Shown here: positions 31,019-50,333 of the stretch, one piece after another | Position numbering within the stretch: the stretch's first letter is position 1 | How the letters are laid out: every line of letters begins with the position of its first letter | Position numbers and translations under genes: made by a program | Notes under the pieces: generated by a model | Database searches by the model: none | Seen by the model: the letters and a program-made list of their open reading frames with translations, nothing else | What the model was told of the DNA's origin: nothing | Assembly: GCF_009914755.1 (NCBI RefSeq) | Contig: NC_060948.1 | Length of the DNA: 64,000 nucleotides | Reading direction: 5' to 3' (one strand) | From: the human T2T-CHM13v2.0 reference genome, Homo sapiens

Positions 31019-33145
31019 AGATCCATATTTTTTAAATGAAAAAAAATTTCAAAGGTACTCTGCTTGGTACAATAATCAAATGTATAAACTGAGGAATAAA
31101 ACATAACCATGAAACCTACTTATAACTGCATATGGAAAATACAGAGGATAATTTTTTAAATAACATATTTTGAAAGCCTTAACTAGTAATTTGAAGAGTT
31201 GGCATTTGAAAGGCCAGTATGAATATACCTTCAAAGCAGCAACACAGGTTCCCCATGAGAAAAAGCAAACTCAGGGAAAATAAAACCACAAAGGTTCAAT
31301 CTCTTCTGACCTTTGAAAGACACAGCACAGACAGTGGTCCTTAGGACGAAGAGCAGGAGACCCCTAATTCCGTCACCATGGCGATAGGGCATAAACATTG
31401 CTGGGTGAGGGCACAATCCACATTGTGAGGTCCAACTGCTGCCAGGAAGACAGGAGTGCTTTTACATAGACCGAAAGGTCATTGAAGGCTCAGAGTTTTG
31501 TTTCAAGAACTGAATCCCAAGCCCACACTTTATTAGGCTGCGCTTCTTAAAACAAGTTATGAGATGGGAAAAAGGGCACCCACAAACATACGTATACATT
31601 ATGTATATAATAATATACAGTATCATATATATAATATATATAACCTATGTATAATATTGTTTTACATCCTGCATCTTATATTATATATATTGTATAAAAT
31701 ATAATAATTGATAATATATAAGTTTTATATTTATACAATATGACATATAGTATATATTATAATTTATGACATATATAATATATGTTATATATCATATATA
31801 GAATATATTACACGGTTAATATACGTATTAAATACAAATTATACATTATATATATTATATATAATATATCTGCTATATATAATACCCATTATGCATAATA
31901 TATATATTATGTCTATGTTATATATAGTATAAAACAACATATAATAATATATAATTGTATATATAAAATGCGACATATAATATATATTATATTTTATGAC
32001 ATATGTAATATATATTATATATTATATATAATACGTTGTATGTATAATACCTATATTAAATATATATTATATGACTATGTTATTAATTACATGTCACATG
32101 TGTTATATATTATTTATTTTACACAGAATATACCGGTTACATACAATATATACTATGTTACCTACAATGTATAATTTATTACATGTAAAATAAAGAATGC
32201 AATATATTATGTATAATTTATAATATACAATATGTGGAATGTGATATATATAACATATAATATATGATATATGATATACAGTATATGATATATAACATAC
32301 AATATATGATACCTAATATATATGGTATACAATATATATTTTATGATATGTATTCTCTATGTTTTATATTCTGTTATATATAACTATTTGAAATTATATA
32401 TAACTGTATAATATTTTATGTAAATATGTAATATAATATATATAAAAATATAATATATTATATATAACTATATATTATGTTATATATACTTTTATAACAT
32501 TATTTACATAAAATATCATAATATAATATATATTATATTATTTCATATTACATAATATATATTACATATCACCCAATATAAGTAACATACATAATATTAT
32601 AATATAGATTATATTATGTTATATTAAATATCATATATATCATGTATCATATATTCGATAATATATATTATACATTATATAATATGTATGTTGTCTATTA
32701 TGTGATACATATAACTATATATATAATTATATTATTATACATATAACTAGATAAACATGAAATTCTACATATTTTCATTTATAATATATAGAATTATATA
32801 ATCATATATAATTATTTATATTCTATAAAAATTATATCATTATATAAATTATAATATATAAAAATTATAATATGTACTACAAATATATATAGTATATATC
32901 ATATATGATATAGTACCTTTGTTATATATCATAATACATATAAATGTGTATTATGTTATCTATAATTATATAATTTCATATATAAGATGTATAATATGTA
33001 TTATATATTATATATGTTATGTAATATATATAGTATATATAAGATGACACAGGATAAATATTATATACTATGACATATAAAATATATGAGGTTATATGTT
33101 ACATATAAGGCATAGCACATAACATGTAATATATATCATATATAA

Positions 33146-33437
33146 TTTTTTTTTAGACAGAGTCTTGTCCTGTTGCACAGGGTGGAGTACAATGGCGCCA
33201 TCTTTGCTCAATGCAACATCTGCCTCACGGGTCCAAGCGATTGTCTTCCCTCAGCCTCCCAGGTAGCTGGGACTACACCACACTGGGACTACACCAGCTG
33301 CCACCATGCCTAGCAAATTTTTTGGATTTTTAGTAGTGACAGCGTTTCACTGTATTGGAGAGGATGTTCTTGATCTCTTCACCTTGTGATCCCCTTGCCT
33401 TGGCCTCCAAATTTGCTGGGATTACAGGCCTGAGCCA
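33146..33437 (-). mobile_element. DYZ2 Alu fragment, unit 3
   Basis: Same reverse-complement Alu. Confidence 0.9.
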
Positions 33438-35564
33438 AGATCCATATTTTTTAAATGAAAAAAAATTTCAAAAGTACTCTGCTTGGTACAATAATCAAAT
33501 GTATAAACTGAGGAATAAAACATAACCATGAAACCTACTTATAACTGCATATGGAAAATACAGAGGATAATTTTTTAAATAACATATTTTGAAAGCCTTA
33601 ACTAGTAATTTGAAGAGTTGGCATTTGAAAGGCCAGTATGAATATACCTTCAAAGCAGCAACACAGGTTCCCCATGAGAAAAAGCAAACTCAGGGAAAAT
33701 AAAACCACAAAGGTTCAATCTCTTCTGACCTTTGAAAGACACAGCACAGACAGTGGTCCTTAGGACGAAGAGCAGGAGACCCCTAATTCCGTCACCATGG
33801 CGATAGGGCATAAACATTGCTGGGTGAGGGCACAATCCACATTGTGAGGTCCAACTGCTGCCAGGAAGACAGGAGTGCTTTTACATAGACCGAAAGGTCA
33901 TTGAAGGCTCAGAGTTTTGTTTCAAGAACTGAATCCCAAGCCCACACGTTATTAGGCTGCGCTTCTTAAAACAAGTGATGAGATGGGAAAAAGGGCACCC
34001 ACAAACATACGTATACATTATGTATATAATAATATACAGTATCATATATATAATATATATAACCTATGTATAATATTGTTTTACATCCTGCATCTTATAT
34101 TATATATATTGTATAAAATATAATAATTGATAATATATAAGTTTTATATTTATACAATATGACATATAGTATATATTATAATTTATGACATATATATTAT
34201 ATGTTATATATCATATATAGAATATATTACACGGTTAATATACGTATTAAATACAAATTATACATTATATATATTATATATAATATATCTGCTATATATA
34301 ATACCCATTATGCATAATATATATATTATGTCTATGTTATATATAGTATAAAACAACATATAATAATATATAATTGTATATATAAAATGCGACATATAAT
34401 ATATATTATATTTTATGACATATGTAATATATATTATATATTATATATAATACGTTGTATGTATAATACCTATATTAAATATATATTATATGACTATGTT
34501 ATTAATTACATGTCACATGTGTTATATATTATTTATTTTACACAGAATATACCGGTTACATACAATATATACTATGTTACCTACAATGTATAATTTATTA
34601 CATGTAAAATAAAGAATGCAATATATTATGTATAATTTATAATATACAATATGTGGAATGTGATATATATAACATATAATATATGTTATATGATATACAG
34701 TATATGATATATAACATACAATATATGATACCTAATATATATGGTATACAATATATATTTTATGATATGTATTCTCTATGTTTTATATTCTGTTATATAT
34801 AACTATTTGAAATTATATATAACTGTATAATATTTTATGTAAATATGTAATATAATATATATAAAAATATAATATATTATATATAACTATATATTATGTT
34901 ATATATACTTTTATAACATTATTTACATAAAATATCATAATATAATATATATTATATTATTTCATATTACATAATATATATTACATATCACCCAATATAA
35001 GTAACATACATAATATTATAATATAGATTATATTATGTTATATTAAATATCATATATATCATGTATCATATATTCGATAATATATATTATACATTATATA
35101 ATATGTATGTTGTCTATTATGTGATACATATAACTATATATATAATTATATTATTATACATATAACTAGATAAACATGAAATTCTACATATTTTCATTTA
35201 TAATATATAGAATTATATAATCATATATAATTATTTATATTCTATAAAAATTATATCATTATATAAATTATAATATATAAAAATTATAATATGTACTACA
35301 AATATATATAGTATATATCATATATGATATAGTACCTTTGTTATATATCATAATACATATAAATGTGTATTATGTTATCTATAATTATATAATTTCATAT
35401 ATAAGATGTATAATATGTATTATATATTATATATGTTATGTAATATATATAGTATATATAAGATGACACAGGATAAATATTATATACTATGACATATAAA
35501 ATATATGAGGTTATATGTTACATATAAGGCATAGCACATAACATGTAATATATATCATATATAA

Positions 35565-35856
35565 TTTTTTTTTAGACAGAGTCTTGTCCTGTTGCACAGG
35601 GTGGAGTACAATGGCGCCATCTTTGCTCAATGCAACATCTGCCTCACGGGTCCAAGCGATTGTCTTCCCTCAGCCTCCCAGGTAGCTGGGACTACACCAC
35701 ACTGGGACTACACCAGCTGCCACCATGCCTAGCTAATTTTTTGGATTTTTAGTAGTGACAGCGTTTCACTGTATTGGAGAGGATGTTCTTGATCTCTTCA
35801 CCTTGTGATCCCCTTGCCTTGGCCTCCAAATTTGCTGGGATTACAGGCCTGAGCCA
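35565..35856 (-). mobile_element. DYZ2 Alu fragment, unit 4
   Basis: Same reverse-complement Alu. Confidence 0.9.
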
Positions 35857-37952
35857 AGATCCATATTTTTTAAATGAAAAAAAATTTCAAAAGTACTCTG
35901 CTTGGTACAATAATCAAATGTATAAACTGAGGAATAAAACATAACCATGAAACCTACTTATAACTGCATATGGAAAATACAGAGGATAATTTTTTAAATA
36001 ACATATTTTGAAAGCCTTAACTAGTAATTTGAAGAGTTGGCATTTGAAAGGCCAGTATGAATATACCTTCAAAGCAGCAACACAGGTTCCCCATGAGAAA
36101 AAGCAAACTCAGGGAAAATAAAACCACAAAGGTTCAATCTCTTCTGACCTTTGAAAGACACAGCACAGACAGTGGTCCTTAGGACGAAGAGCAGGAGACC
36201 CCTAATTCCGTCACCATGGCGATAGGGCATAAACATTGCTGGGTGAGGACACAATCCACATTGTGAGGTCCAACTGCTGCCAGGAAGACAGGAGTGCTTT
36301 TACATAGACCGAAAGGTCATTGAAGGCTCAGAGTTTTGTTTCAAGAACTGAATCCCAAGCCCACACGTTATTAGGCTGCGCTTCTTAAAACAAGTGATGA
36401 GATGGGAAAAAGGGCACCCACAAACATACGTATACATTATGTATATAATAATATACAGTATCATATATATAATATATATAACCTATGTATAATATTGTTT
36501 TACATCCTGCATCTTATATTATATATATTGTATAAAATATAATAATTGATAATATATAAGTTTTATATTTATACAATATGACATATAGTATATATTATAA
36601 TTTATGACATATATAATATATGTTATATATCATATATAGAATATATTATACGGTTAATATACGTATTAAATATAAATTATACATTATATATATTATATAT
36701 AATATATCTGCTATATATAATACCCATTATGCATAATATATATATTATGTCTATGTTATATATAGTATAAACCAACATATAATAATATATAATTGTATAT
36801 ATAAAATGCGACATATAATATATATTATATTTTATGACATATGTAATATATATTATATGTTATATATAATGCGTTGTATGTATAATACCTATATTAAATA
36901 TATATTATATGACTATGTTATTAATTACATGTCACATATGTTATATATTATATATTTTACATAGAATATACCGGTTACATACAATATATACTATGTTACT
37001 TATAATGTATAATTTATTACATGTAAAATAAAGAATGCAATATATTATGTATAATTTATAATATACAATATGTGGAATGTGATATATATAACATATAATA
37101 TATGATATACAGTATATGATATATAACATACAATATATGATACCTAATATATATGGTATACAATATATATTTTATGATATGTATTCTATATGTTTTATAT
37201 TCTGTTATATATAACTATTTGAAATTTTACATAACTGTATAATATTTTAGGTAAATATGTATTATAATATATATAACTATATAATATATTATATATAACT
37301 CTGTGTTATGTTATATATACTTTTATAACATAATTTACATAAAATATCATAATATAATATATATTATATTATTTCATATTACATAATATATATTACATAT
37401 CACCCAATATAAGTAACATGCAAAATATTATCATATAGATTATAATATGTTATATTAAATATCATATATATCATGTATCATATATTCTATAATATATATT
37501 CTACATTATATAATATGTATGTTGTCTATTATGTGATATATATAACTATATATATAATTATATTATTATACATATAACTAGATAAACATGTAATTCTACA
37601 TATTTTCATTTATAATATATAGAATTATATAAACATATATAATTATTTATATTCTATAAAAAATTATATCATTATATAAATTATAATATATAAAAATTAC
37701 AATATGTACTACAAATATATATATTATATATCATATATGATATAGTACCTTTGTTATATATCATAATACATATAAATGTGTATTATGTCATCTATAATTA
37801 TATAATTTCATATATAAGATGTATAATAAGTATTATATATTATATATGTTATGTAATATATATAGTATATATAAGATGACACAGGATAAATATTATATAC
37901 TATGAAATAAAATATATGAGGTTATATGTTACATATAAGGCATAGCACATAA

Positions 37953-38267
<315 letters not shown>

Positions 38268-40394
38268 AGATCCATATTTTTTAAATGAAAAAAAATTTCA
38301 AAGGTACTCTGCTTGGTACAATAATCAAATGTATAAACTGAGGAATAAAACATAACCATGAAACCTACTTATAACTGCATATGGAAAATACAGAGGATAA
38401 TTTTTTAAGTAACATATTTTGAAAGCCTTAACTAGTAATTTGAAGAGTTGGCATTTGAAAGGCCAGTATGAATATACCTTCAAAGCAGCAACACAGGTTC
38501 CCCATGAGAAAAAGCAAACACAGGGAAAATAAAACCACAAAGGTTCAATCTCTTCTGACCTTTGAAAGACACAGCACAGACACTGGTCCTTAGGACGAAG
38601 AGCAGGAGACCCCTAATTCCGTCACCATGGCGATAGGGCATAAACATTGCTGGGTGAGGACACAATCCACATTGTGAGGTCCAACTGCTGCCAGGAAGAC
38701 AGGAGTGCTTTTACATAGACCGAAAGGTCATTGAAGGCTCAGAGCTTTGTTTCAAGAACTGAATCCCAAGCCCACACGTTATTAGGCTGCGCTTCTTAAA
38801 ACAGGTTATGAGATGGGAAAAAGGGCACCCACAAACATACGTATACATTATGTATATAATAATATACAGTATCATATATATAATATATATAACCTATGTA
38901 TAATATTGTTTTACATCCTGCATCTTATGTTATATATATTGTATAAAATATAATAATTGATAATATATAAGTTTTAAAATTATACAATATGACATATAGT
39001 ATATATTATAATTTATGACATATATAATATATGTTATATATCATATATAGAATATATTATACGGTTAATATACGTATTAAATATAAATTATACATTATAT
39101 ATATTATATATAATATATCTGTTATATATAATACCCATTATGCATAATATATATATTATGTCTATGTTATATATAGTATAAAACAACATATAATAATATA
39201 TAATTGTATATAGAAAACGCGACATATAATATATATTATATTTTATGACATATGTAATATATATTATATATTATATAAAATACGTTGTATGTATATTACC
39301 TATATTAAATATATATTATATGACTATGTTATTAATTACATGTCACATATGTTATATATTATATATTTTACATAGAATATACCGGTTACATACACTATAT
39401 ACTATGTTACCTATAATGAAAAATTGATTACATGTAAAATAAAGAATGCAATATATTATATATAATTTATAATATACAATATGTGGAATGTGATATATAT
39501 AACATATAATATATGATATATGATATACAGTATATGATATATAACATACAATATATGATTCCTAATATATATGGTATACAATATATATTTTATGATATGT
39601 ATTCTATATGTTTTATATTCTGTTATATATAACTATTTGAAATTATATATAACTGTATAATATTTTATGTAAATATGTAATATAATATATATAACTATAT
39701 AATATATTATATATAACTATATATTATGTTATATATACTTTTATAACATAATTTACATAAAATATCATAACATAATATATATTATATTATTTCATATTAC
39801 ATAATATATATTACATATCACCCAATATAAGTAACATACATAATATTATAATATAGATTATATTATGTTATATTAAATATCATATATATCATGTATCATA
39901 TATTCGATAATATATATTATACATTATATAATATGTATGTTGTCTATTATGTGATACATATAACTATATATATAATTATATTATTATACATATAACTAGA
40001 TAAACATGAAATTCTACATATTTTCATTTATAATATATAGAATTATATAATCATATATAATTATTTATATTCTATAAAAATTATATCATTATATAAATTA
40101 TAATATATAAAAATTATAATATGTACTACAAATATATATAGTATATATCATATATGATATAGTACCTTTGTTATATATCATAATACATATAAATGTGTAT
40201 TATGTTATCTATAATTATATAATTTCATATATAAGATGTATAATATGTATTATATATTATATATGTTATGTAATATATATAGTATATATAAGATGACACA
40301 GGATAAATATTATATACTATGACATATAAAATATATGAGGTTATATGTTACATATAAGGCATAGCACATAACATGTAATATATATCATATATAA

Positions 40395-40686
40395 TTTTTT
40401 TTTAGACAGAGTCTTGTCCTGTTGCACAGGGTGGAGTACAATGGCGCCATCTTTGCTCAATGCAACATCTGCCTCACGGGTCCAAGCGATTGTCTTCCCT
40501 CAGCCTCCCAGGTAGCTGGGACTACACCACACTGGGACTACACCAGCTGCCACCATGCCTAGCTAATTTTTTGGATTTTTAGTAGTGACAGCGTTTCACT
40601 GTATTGGAGAGGATGTTCTTGATCTCTTCACCTTGTGATCCCCTTGCCTTGGCCTCCAAATTTGCTGGGATTACAGGCCTGAGCCA
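40395..40686 (-). mobile_element. DYZ2 Alu fragment, unit 6
   Basis: Same reverse-complement Alu; shares the variants of unit 4. Confidence 0.9.
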
Positions 40687-42782
40687 AGATCCATATTTTT
40701 TAAATGAAAAAAAATTTCAAAAGTACTCTGCTTGGTACAATAATCAAATGTATAAACTGAGGAATAAAACATAACCATGAAACCTACTTATAACTGCATA
40801 TGGAAAATACAGAGGATAATTTTTTAAATAACATATTTTGAAAGCCTTAACTAGTAATTTGAAGAGTTGGCATTTGAAAGGCCAGTATGAATATACCTTC
40901 AAAGCAGCAACACAGGTTCCCCATGAGAAAAAGCAAACTCAGGGAAAATAAAACCACAAAGGTTCAATCTCTTCTGACCTTTGAAAGACACAGCACAGAC
41001 AGTGGTCCTTAGGACGAAGAGCAGGAGACCCCTAATTCCGTCACCATGGCGATAGGGCATAAACATTGCTGGGTGAGGGCACAATCCACATTGTGAGGTC
41101 CAACTGCTGCCAGGAAGACAGGAGTGCTTTTACATAGACCGAAAGGTCATTGAAGGCTCAGAGTTTTGTTTCAAGAACTGAATCCCAAGCCCACACGTTA
41201 TTAGGCTGCGCTTCTTAAAACAAGTGATGAGATGGGAAAAAGGGCACCCACAAACATACGTATACATTATGTATATAATAATATACAGTATCATATATAT
41301 AATATATATAACCTATGTATAATATTGTTTTACATCCTGCATCTTATATTATATATATTGTATAAAATATAATAATTGATAATATATAAGTTTTATATTT
41401 ATACAATATGACATATAGTATATATTATAACTTATGACATATATAATATATGTTATATATCATATATAGAATATATTATACGGTTAATATACGTATTAAA
41501 TATAAATTATACATTATATATATTATATATAATATATCTGCTATATATAATACCCATTATGCATAATATATATATTATGTCTATGTTATATATAGTATAA
41601 ACCAACATATAATAATATATAATTGTATATATAAAATGCGACATATAATATATATTATATTTTATGACATATGTAATATATATTATATGTTATATATAAT
41701 GCGTTGTATGTATAATACCTATATTAAATATATATTATATGACTATGTTATTAATTACATGTCACATATGTTATATATTATATATTTTACATAGAATATA
41801 CCGGTTACATACAATATATACTATGTTACTTATAATGTATAATTTATTACATGTAAAATAAAGAATGCAATATATTATGTATAATTTATAATATACAATA
41901 TGTGGAATGTGATATATATAACATATAATATATGATATACAGTATATGATATATAACATACAATATATGATACCTAATATATATGGTATACAATATATAT
42001 TTTATGATATGTATTCTATATGTTTTATATTCTGTTATATATAACTATTTGAAATTTTACATAACTGTATAATATTTTAGGTAAATATGTATTATAATAT
42101 ATATAACTATATAATATATTATATATAACTCTGTGTTATGTTATATATACTTTTATAACATAATTTACATAAAATATCATAATATAATATATATTATATT
42201 ATTTCATATTACATAATATATATTACATATCACCCAATATAAGTAACATGCAAAATATTATCATATAGATTATAATATGTTATATTAAATATCATATATA
42301 TCATGTATCATATATTCTATAATATATATTCTACATTATATAATATGTATGTTGTCTATTATGTGATATATATAACTATATATATAATTATATTATTATA
42401 CATATAACTAGATAAACATGTAATTCTACATATTTTCATTTATAATATATAGAATTATATAAACATATATAATTATTTATATTCTATAAAAAATTATATC
42501 ATTATATAAATTATAATATATAAAAATTACAATATGTACTACAAATATATATATTATATATCATATATGATATAGTACCTTTGTTATATATCATAATACA
42601 TATAAATGTGTATTATGTCATCTATAATTATATAATTTCATATATAAGATGTATAATAAGTATTATATATTATATATGTTATGTAATATATATAGTATAT
42701 ATAAGATGACACAGGATAAATATTATATACTATGAAATAAAATATATGAGGTTATATGTTACATATAAGGCATAGCACATAA

Positions 42783-43081
<299 letters not shown>

Positions 43082-45181
43082 AGATCCATATTTTTTAAAT
43101 GAAAAAAAATTTCAAAGGTACTCTGCTTGGTACAATAATCAAATGTATAAACTGAGGAATAAAACATAACCATGAAACCTACTTATAACTGCATATGGAA
43201 AATACAGAGGATAATTTTTTAAGTAACATATTTTGAAAGCCTTAACTAGTAATTTGAAGAGTTGGCATTTGAAAGGCCAGTATGAATATACCTTCAAAGC
43301 AGCAACACAGGTTCCCCATGAGAAAAAGCAAACACAGGGAAAATAAAACCACAAAGGTTCAATCTCTTCTGACCTTTGAAAGACACAGCACAGACACTGG
43401 TCCTTAGGACGAAGAGCAGGAGACCCCTAATTCCGTCACCATGGCGATAGGGCATAAACATTGCTGGGTGAGGACACAATCCACATTGTGAGGTCCAACT
43501 GCTGCCAGGAAGACAGGAGTGCTTTTACATACACCGAAAGGTCATTGAAGGCTCAGAGCTTTGTTTCAAGAACTGAATCCCAAGCCCACACGTTATTAGG
43601 CTGCGCTTCTTAAAACAGGTTATGAGATGGGAAAAAGGGCACCCACAAACATACGTATACATTATGTATATAATAATATACAGTATCATATATATAATAT
43701 ATATAACCTATGTATAATATTGTTTTACATCCTGCATCTTATGTTATATATATTGTATAAAATATAATAATTGATAATATATAAGTTTTAAAATTATACA
43801 ATATGACATATAGTATATATTATAATTTATGACATATATAATATATGTTATATATCATATATAGAATATATTATACGGTTAATATACGTATTAAATATAA
43901 ATTATACATTATATATATTATATATAATATATCTGTTATATATAATACCCATTATGCATAATATATATATTATGTCTATGTTATATATAGTATAAAACAA
44001 CATATAATAATATATAATTGTATATAGAAAACGCGACATATAATATATATTATATTTTATGACATATGTAATATATATTATATATTATATAAAATACGTT
44101 GTATGTATATTACCTATATTAAATATATATTATATGACTATGTTATTAATTACATGTCACATATGTTATATATTATATATTTTACATAGAATATACCGGT
44201 TACATACACTATATACTATGTTACCTATAATGAAAAATTGATTACATGTAAAATAAAGAATGCAATATATTATATATAATTTATAATATACAATATGTGG
44301 AATGTGATATATATAACATATAATATATGATATATGATATACAGTATATGATATATAACATACAATATATGATTCCTAATATATATGGTATACAATATAT
44401 ATTTTATGATATGTATTCTATATGTTTTATATTCTGTTATATATAACTATTTGAAATTATATATAACTGTATAATATTTTATGTAAATATGTAATATAAT
44501 ATATATAACTATATATTATATATAACTATATATTATGTTATATATACTTTTATAACATAATTTACATAAAATATCATAACATAATATATATTATATTATT
44601 TCATATTACATAATATATATTACATATCACCCAATATAACTAACATACATAATATTATAATATAGATTATATTATGTTATATTAAATATCATATATATCA
44701 TGTATCATATATTCTATAATATATATTACACATTATATAATATGTATGTTGTCTATTATGTGATATATATAACTATATATATAATTATATTTTTATACAT
44801 ATAACTAGATAAACATGTAATTCTACATATTTTCATTTATAATATGTAGAATTATATAATCATATATAATTATTTATATTCTATAAAAAATTTTATCATT
44901 ATATAAATTATAATATATAAAAATTATAATATGTACTACAAATATATATATTACATATCATATATGATATAGTACCTTTGTTATATATCATAATACATAT
45001 AAATGTGTATTATGTTATCTATAATTATATAATTTCATATATAAGATGTATAATATGTATCATATATTATATATGTTATGTAATATATATAGTATATATA
45101 AGATGACACAGGATAAATATTATATAGTATGACATATAAAATATATCAGGTTATATGTTACATATAAGGCATAGCACATAA

Positions 45182-45496
<315 letters not shown>

Positions 45497-47598
45497 AGAT
45501 CCATATTTTTTAAATGAAAAAAAATTTCAAAGGTACTCTGCTTGGTACAATAATCAAATGTATAAACTGAGGAATAAAACATAACCATGAAACCTACTTA
45601 TAACTGCATATGGAAAATACAGAGGATAATTTTTTAAATAACATATTTTGAAAGCCTTAACTAGTAATTTGAAGAGCTGGCATTTGAAAGGCCAGTATGA
45701 ATATACCTTCAAAGCAGCAACACCAGTTCCCCATGAGAAAAAGCAAACACAGGGAAAATAAAAACACAAAGGTTCAATCTCTTCTGACCTTTGAAAGACA
45801 CAGCACAGACAGTGGTCCTTAGGACGAAGAGCAGGAGACCCCTAATTCCGTCACCATGGCGATAGGGCATAAACATTGCTGGGTGAGGGCACAATCCACA
45901 TTGTGAGGTCCAACTGCTGCCAGGAAGACAGGAGTGCTTTTACATAGACCGAAAGGTCATTGAAGGCTCAGAGTTTTGTTTCAAGAACTGAATCCCAAGC
46001 CCACACGTTATTAGGCTGCGCTTCTTAAAACAAGTTATGAGATGGGAAAAAGGGCACCCACAAACATACGTATACATTATGTATATAATAATATACAGTA
46101 TCATATATATAATATATATAATCTATGTATAATATTGTTTTACATCCTGCATCTTATGTTATATATATTGTATAAAATATAATAATTGATAATATATGTT
46201 TTATAATTATACAATATGACATATAGTATATATTATAATTTATGACATATATAATATATGTTATATATCATATATAGAATATATTATACGGTTAATATAC
46301 GTATTAAATATAAATTATACATTATATATATTATATATAATATATCTGTTATATATAATACCCATTATGCATAATATATATATTATGTCTATGTTATATA
46401 TAGTATAAAACAACATATAATAATATATAATTGTATATATAAAATGCGACATATAATATATATTATATTTTATAACATATGTAATATATATTATATATTA
46501 TATATAATACGTTGTATGTATAATACCTATATTAAATATTTATTATATGACTATGTTATTAATGACATGTCACATGTGTTATATATTATATATTTTACAT
46601 AGAATATACCGGTTACATACAATATATACTATGTTACCTATAATGTATAATTTCTTACATGTAAAATAAGAATGCAATATACTATGTATAATTTATAATA
46701 TACAATATGTGGAATGTGATATATATAACATATAATATATGATATATGATATACAGTATATGATATATAACATACAATATATGATTGCTAATATATATGG
46801 TATACAATATATATTTTATGACATGTATTCTATATGTTGTATATTCTGTTATATATAACTATTTGAAATTATATATAACTGTATAATATTTTATGTAAAT
46901 ATGTAATATAATATATATAACTATATAATATATTATATATAACTATATATTATGTTATATATACTTTTATAACATAATTTGCATAAAATATCATAATATA
47001 ATATATATTATATTATTTCATATTACATAATATATATTACATATCACCCAATATAACTAACATACATAATATTATAATATAGATTATATTATGTTATATT
47101 AAATATCATATATATCATGTATCATATATTCTATAATATATATTACACATTATATAATATGTATGTTGTCTATTATGTGATATATATAACTCTATATATA
47201 ATTATATTATTATACAAATAACTAGATAAACATGTAATTCTACATATTTTCATTTATAATATGAAGAATTATATAATCATATATAATTATTTATATTCTA
47301 TAAAAAATTTTATCATTATATAAATTATAATATATAAAAATTATAATATGTACTACAAATATATATATTATATATCATATCTGATATAGTACCTTTGTTA
47401 TATATCATAATACATATAAATGTGTATTATGTTATCTATAATTATATAATTTCATATATAAGATGTATAATATGTATCATATATTATATATGTTATGTAA
47501 TATATACAGTATATATAAGATGACACAGGATAAATATTATATACTATGACATATAAAATATATGAGGTTATATGTTACATATTAGGCATAGCACATAA

Positions 47599-47913
<315 letters not shown>

Positions 47914-50018
47914 AGATCCATATTTTTTAAATGAAAAAAAATTTCAAAGGTACTCTGCTTGGTACAATAATCAAATGTATAAACTGAGGAATAAAACATA
48001 ACCATGAAACCTACTTATAACTGCATATGGAAAATACAGAGGATAATTTTTTAAATAACATATTTTGAAAGCCTTAACTAGTAATTTGAAGAGCTGGCAT
48101 TTGAAAGGCCTGTATGAATATACCTTCAAAGCAGCAACACAGGTTCCCCATGAGAAAAAGCAAACACAGGGAAAATAAAAACACAAAGGTTCAATCTCTT
48201 CTGACCTTTGAAAGACACAGCACAGACAGTGGTCCTTAGGACGAAGAGCAGGAGACCCCTAATTCCGTCACCATGGCGATAGGGCATAAACATTGCTGGG
48301 TGAGGGCACAATCCACATTGTGAGGTCCAACTGCTGCCAGGAAGACAGGAGTGCTTTTACATAGACCGAAAGGTCATTGAAGGCTCAGAGTTTTGTTTCA
48401 AGAACTGAATCCCAAGCCCACACGTTATTAGGCTGCGCTTCTTAAAACAAGTTATGAGATGGGAAAAAGGGCACCCACAAACATACGTATACATTATGTA
48501 TATAATAATATACAGTATCATATATATAATATATATAACCTATGTATAATATTGTTTTACATCCTGCATCTTATGTTATATATATTGTATAAAATATAAT
48601 AATTGATAATATATAAGTTTTATAATTATACAATATGACATATAGTATATATTATAATTTATGACATATATAATATATGTTATATGTCATATATAGAATA
48701 TATTATACGGTTAATATACGTATTAAATATAAATTATACATTATATATATTATATATAATATATCTGTTATATATAATAACCATTATGCATAATATATAT
48801 ATTATGTCTATGTTATATATAGTATAAAACAACATATAATAATATATAATTGTATATATAAAATGCGACATATAATATATATTATATTTTATAACATATG
48901 TAATATATATTATATATTATATATAATACGTTGTATGTATAATACCTATATTAAATATATATTATATGACTATGTTATTAATTACATGTCACATGTGTTA
49001 TATATTATATATTTTACATAGAATATACCGGTTACATACAATATATACTATGTTACCTATAATGTATAATTTATTACATGTAAAATAAAGAATGCAATAT
49101 ATTATGTATAATTTATAATATACCATATGTGGAATGTGATATATATAACATATAATATATGATATATGATATACAGTATATGATATATAACATAGAATAT
49201 ATGATTCCTAATATATATGGTATACAATATATATTTCATGATATGTATTCTATATGTTTTATATTCTGTTATATATAACTATTTGAAATTATATATAACT
49301 GTATAATATTTTATGTAAATATGTAATATAATATATATAACTATATAATATATTATATATAACTATATATTATGTTATATATACTTTTATAACATAATTT
49401 ACATAAAATATCATAATATAATATATATTATATTATTTCATATTACATAATATATATTACATATCACCCAATATAACTAACATACATAATATTATAATAT
49501 AGATTATATTATGTTATATTAAATATCATATATATCATGTATCATATATTCTATAATATATATTACACATTATATAATATGTATGTTGTCTATTATGTGA
49601 TATATATAACTATATATATAATTATATTTTTATACATATAACAACATAAATATGTAATTCTACATATTTTCATTTATAATATGTAGAATTATATAATCAT
49701 ATATAATTATTTATATTCTATAAAAAATTTTATCATTATATAAATTATAATATATAAAAATTATAATATGTACTACAAATATATATATTATATATCATAT
49801 ATGATATAGTACCTTTGTTATATATCATAATACATATAAATGTGTATTATGTTATCTATAATTATATAATTTCATATATAACTTGTATAATATGTATCAC
49901 ATATTATATATGTTTTGTAATATATATAGTATATATAAGATGACACAGGATAAATATTATATACTATGACATATAAAATATATGAGGTTATATGTTACAT
50001 ATAAGGCATAGCACATAA

Positions 50019-50333
<315 letters not shown>

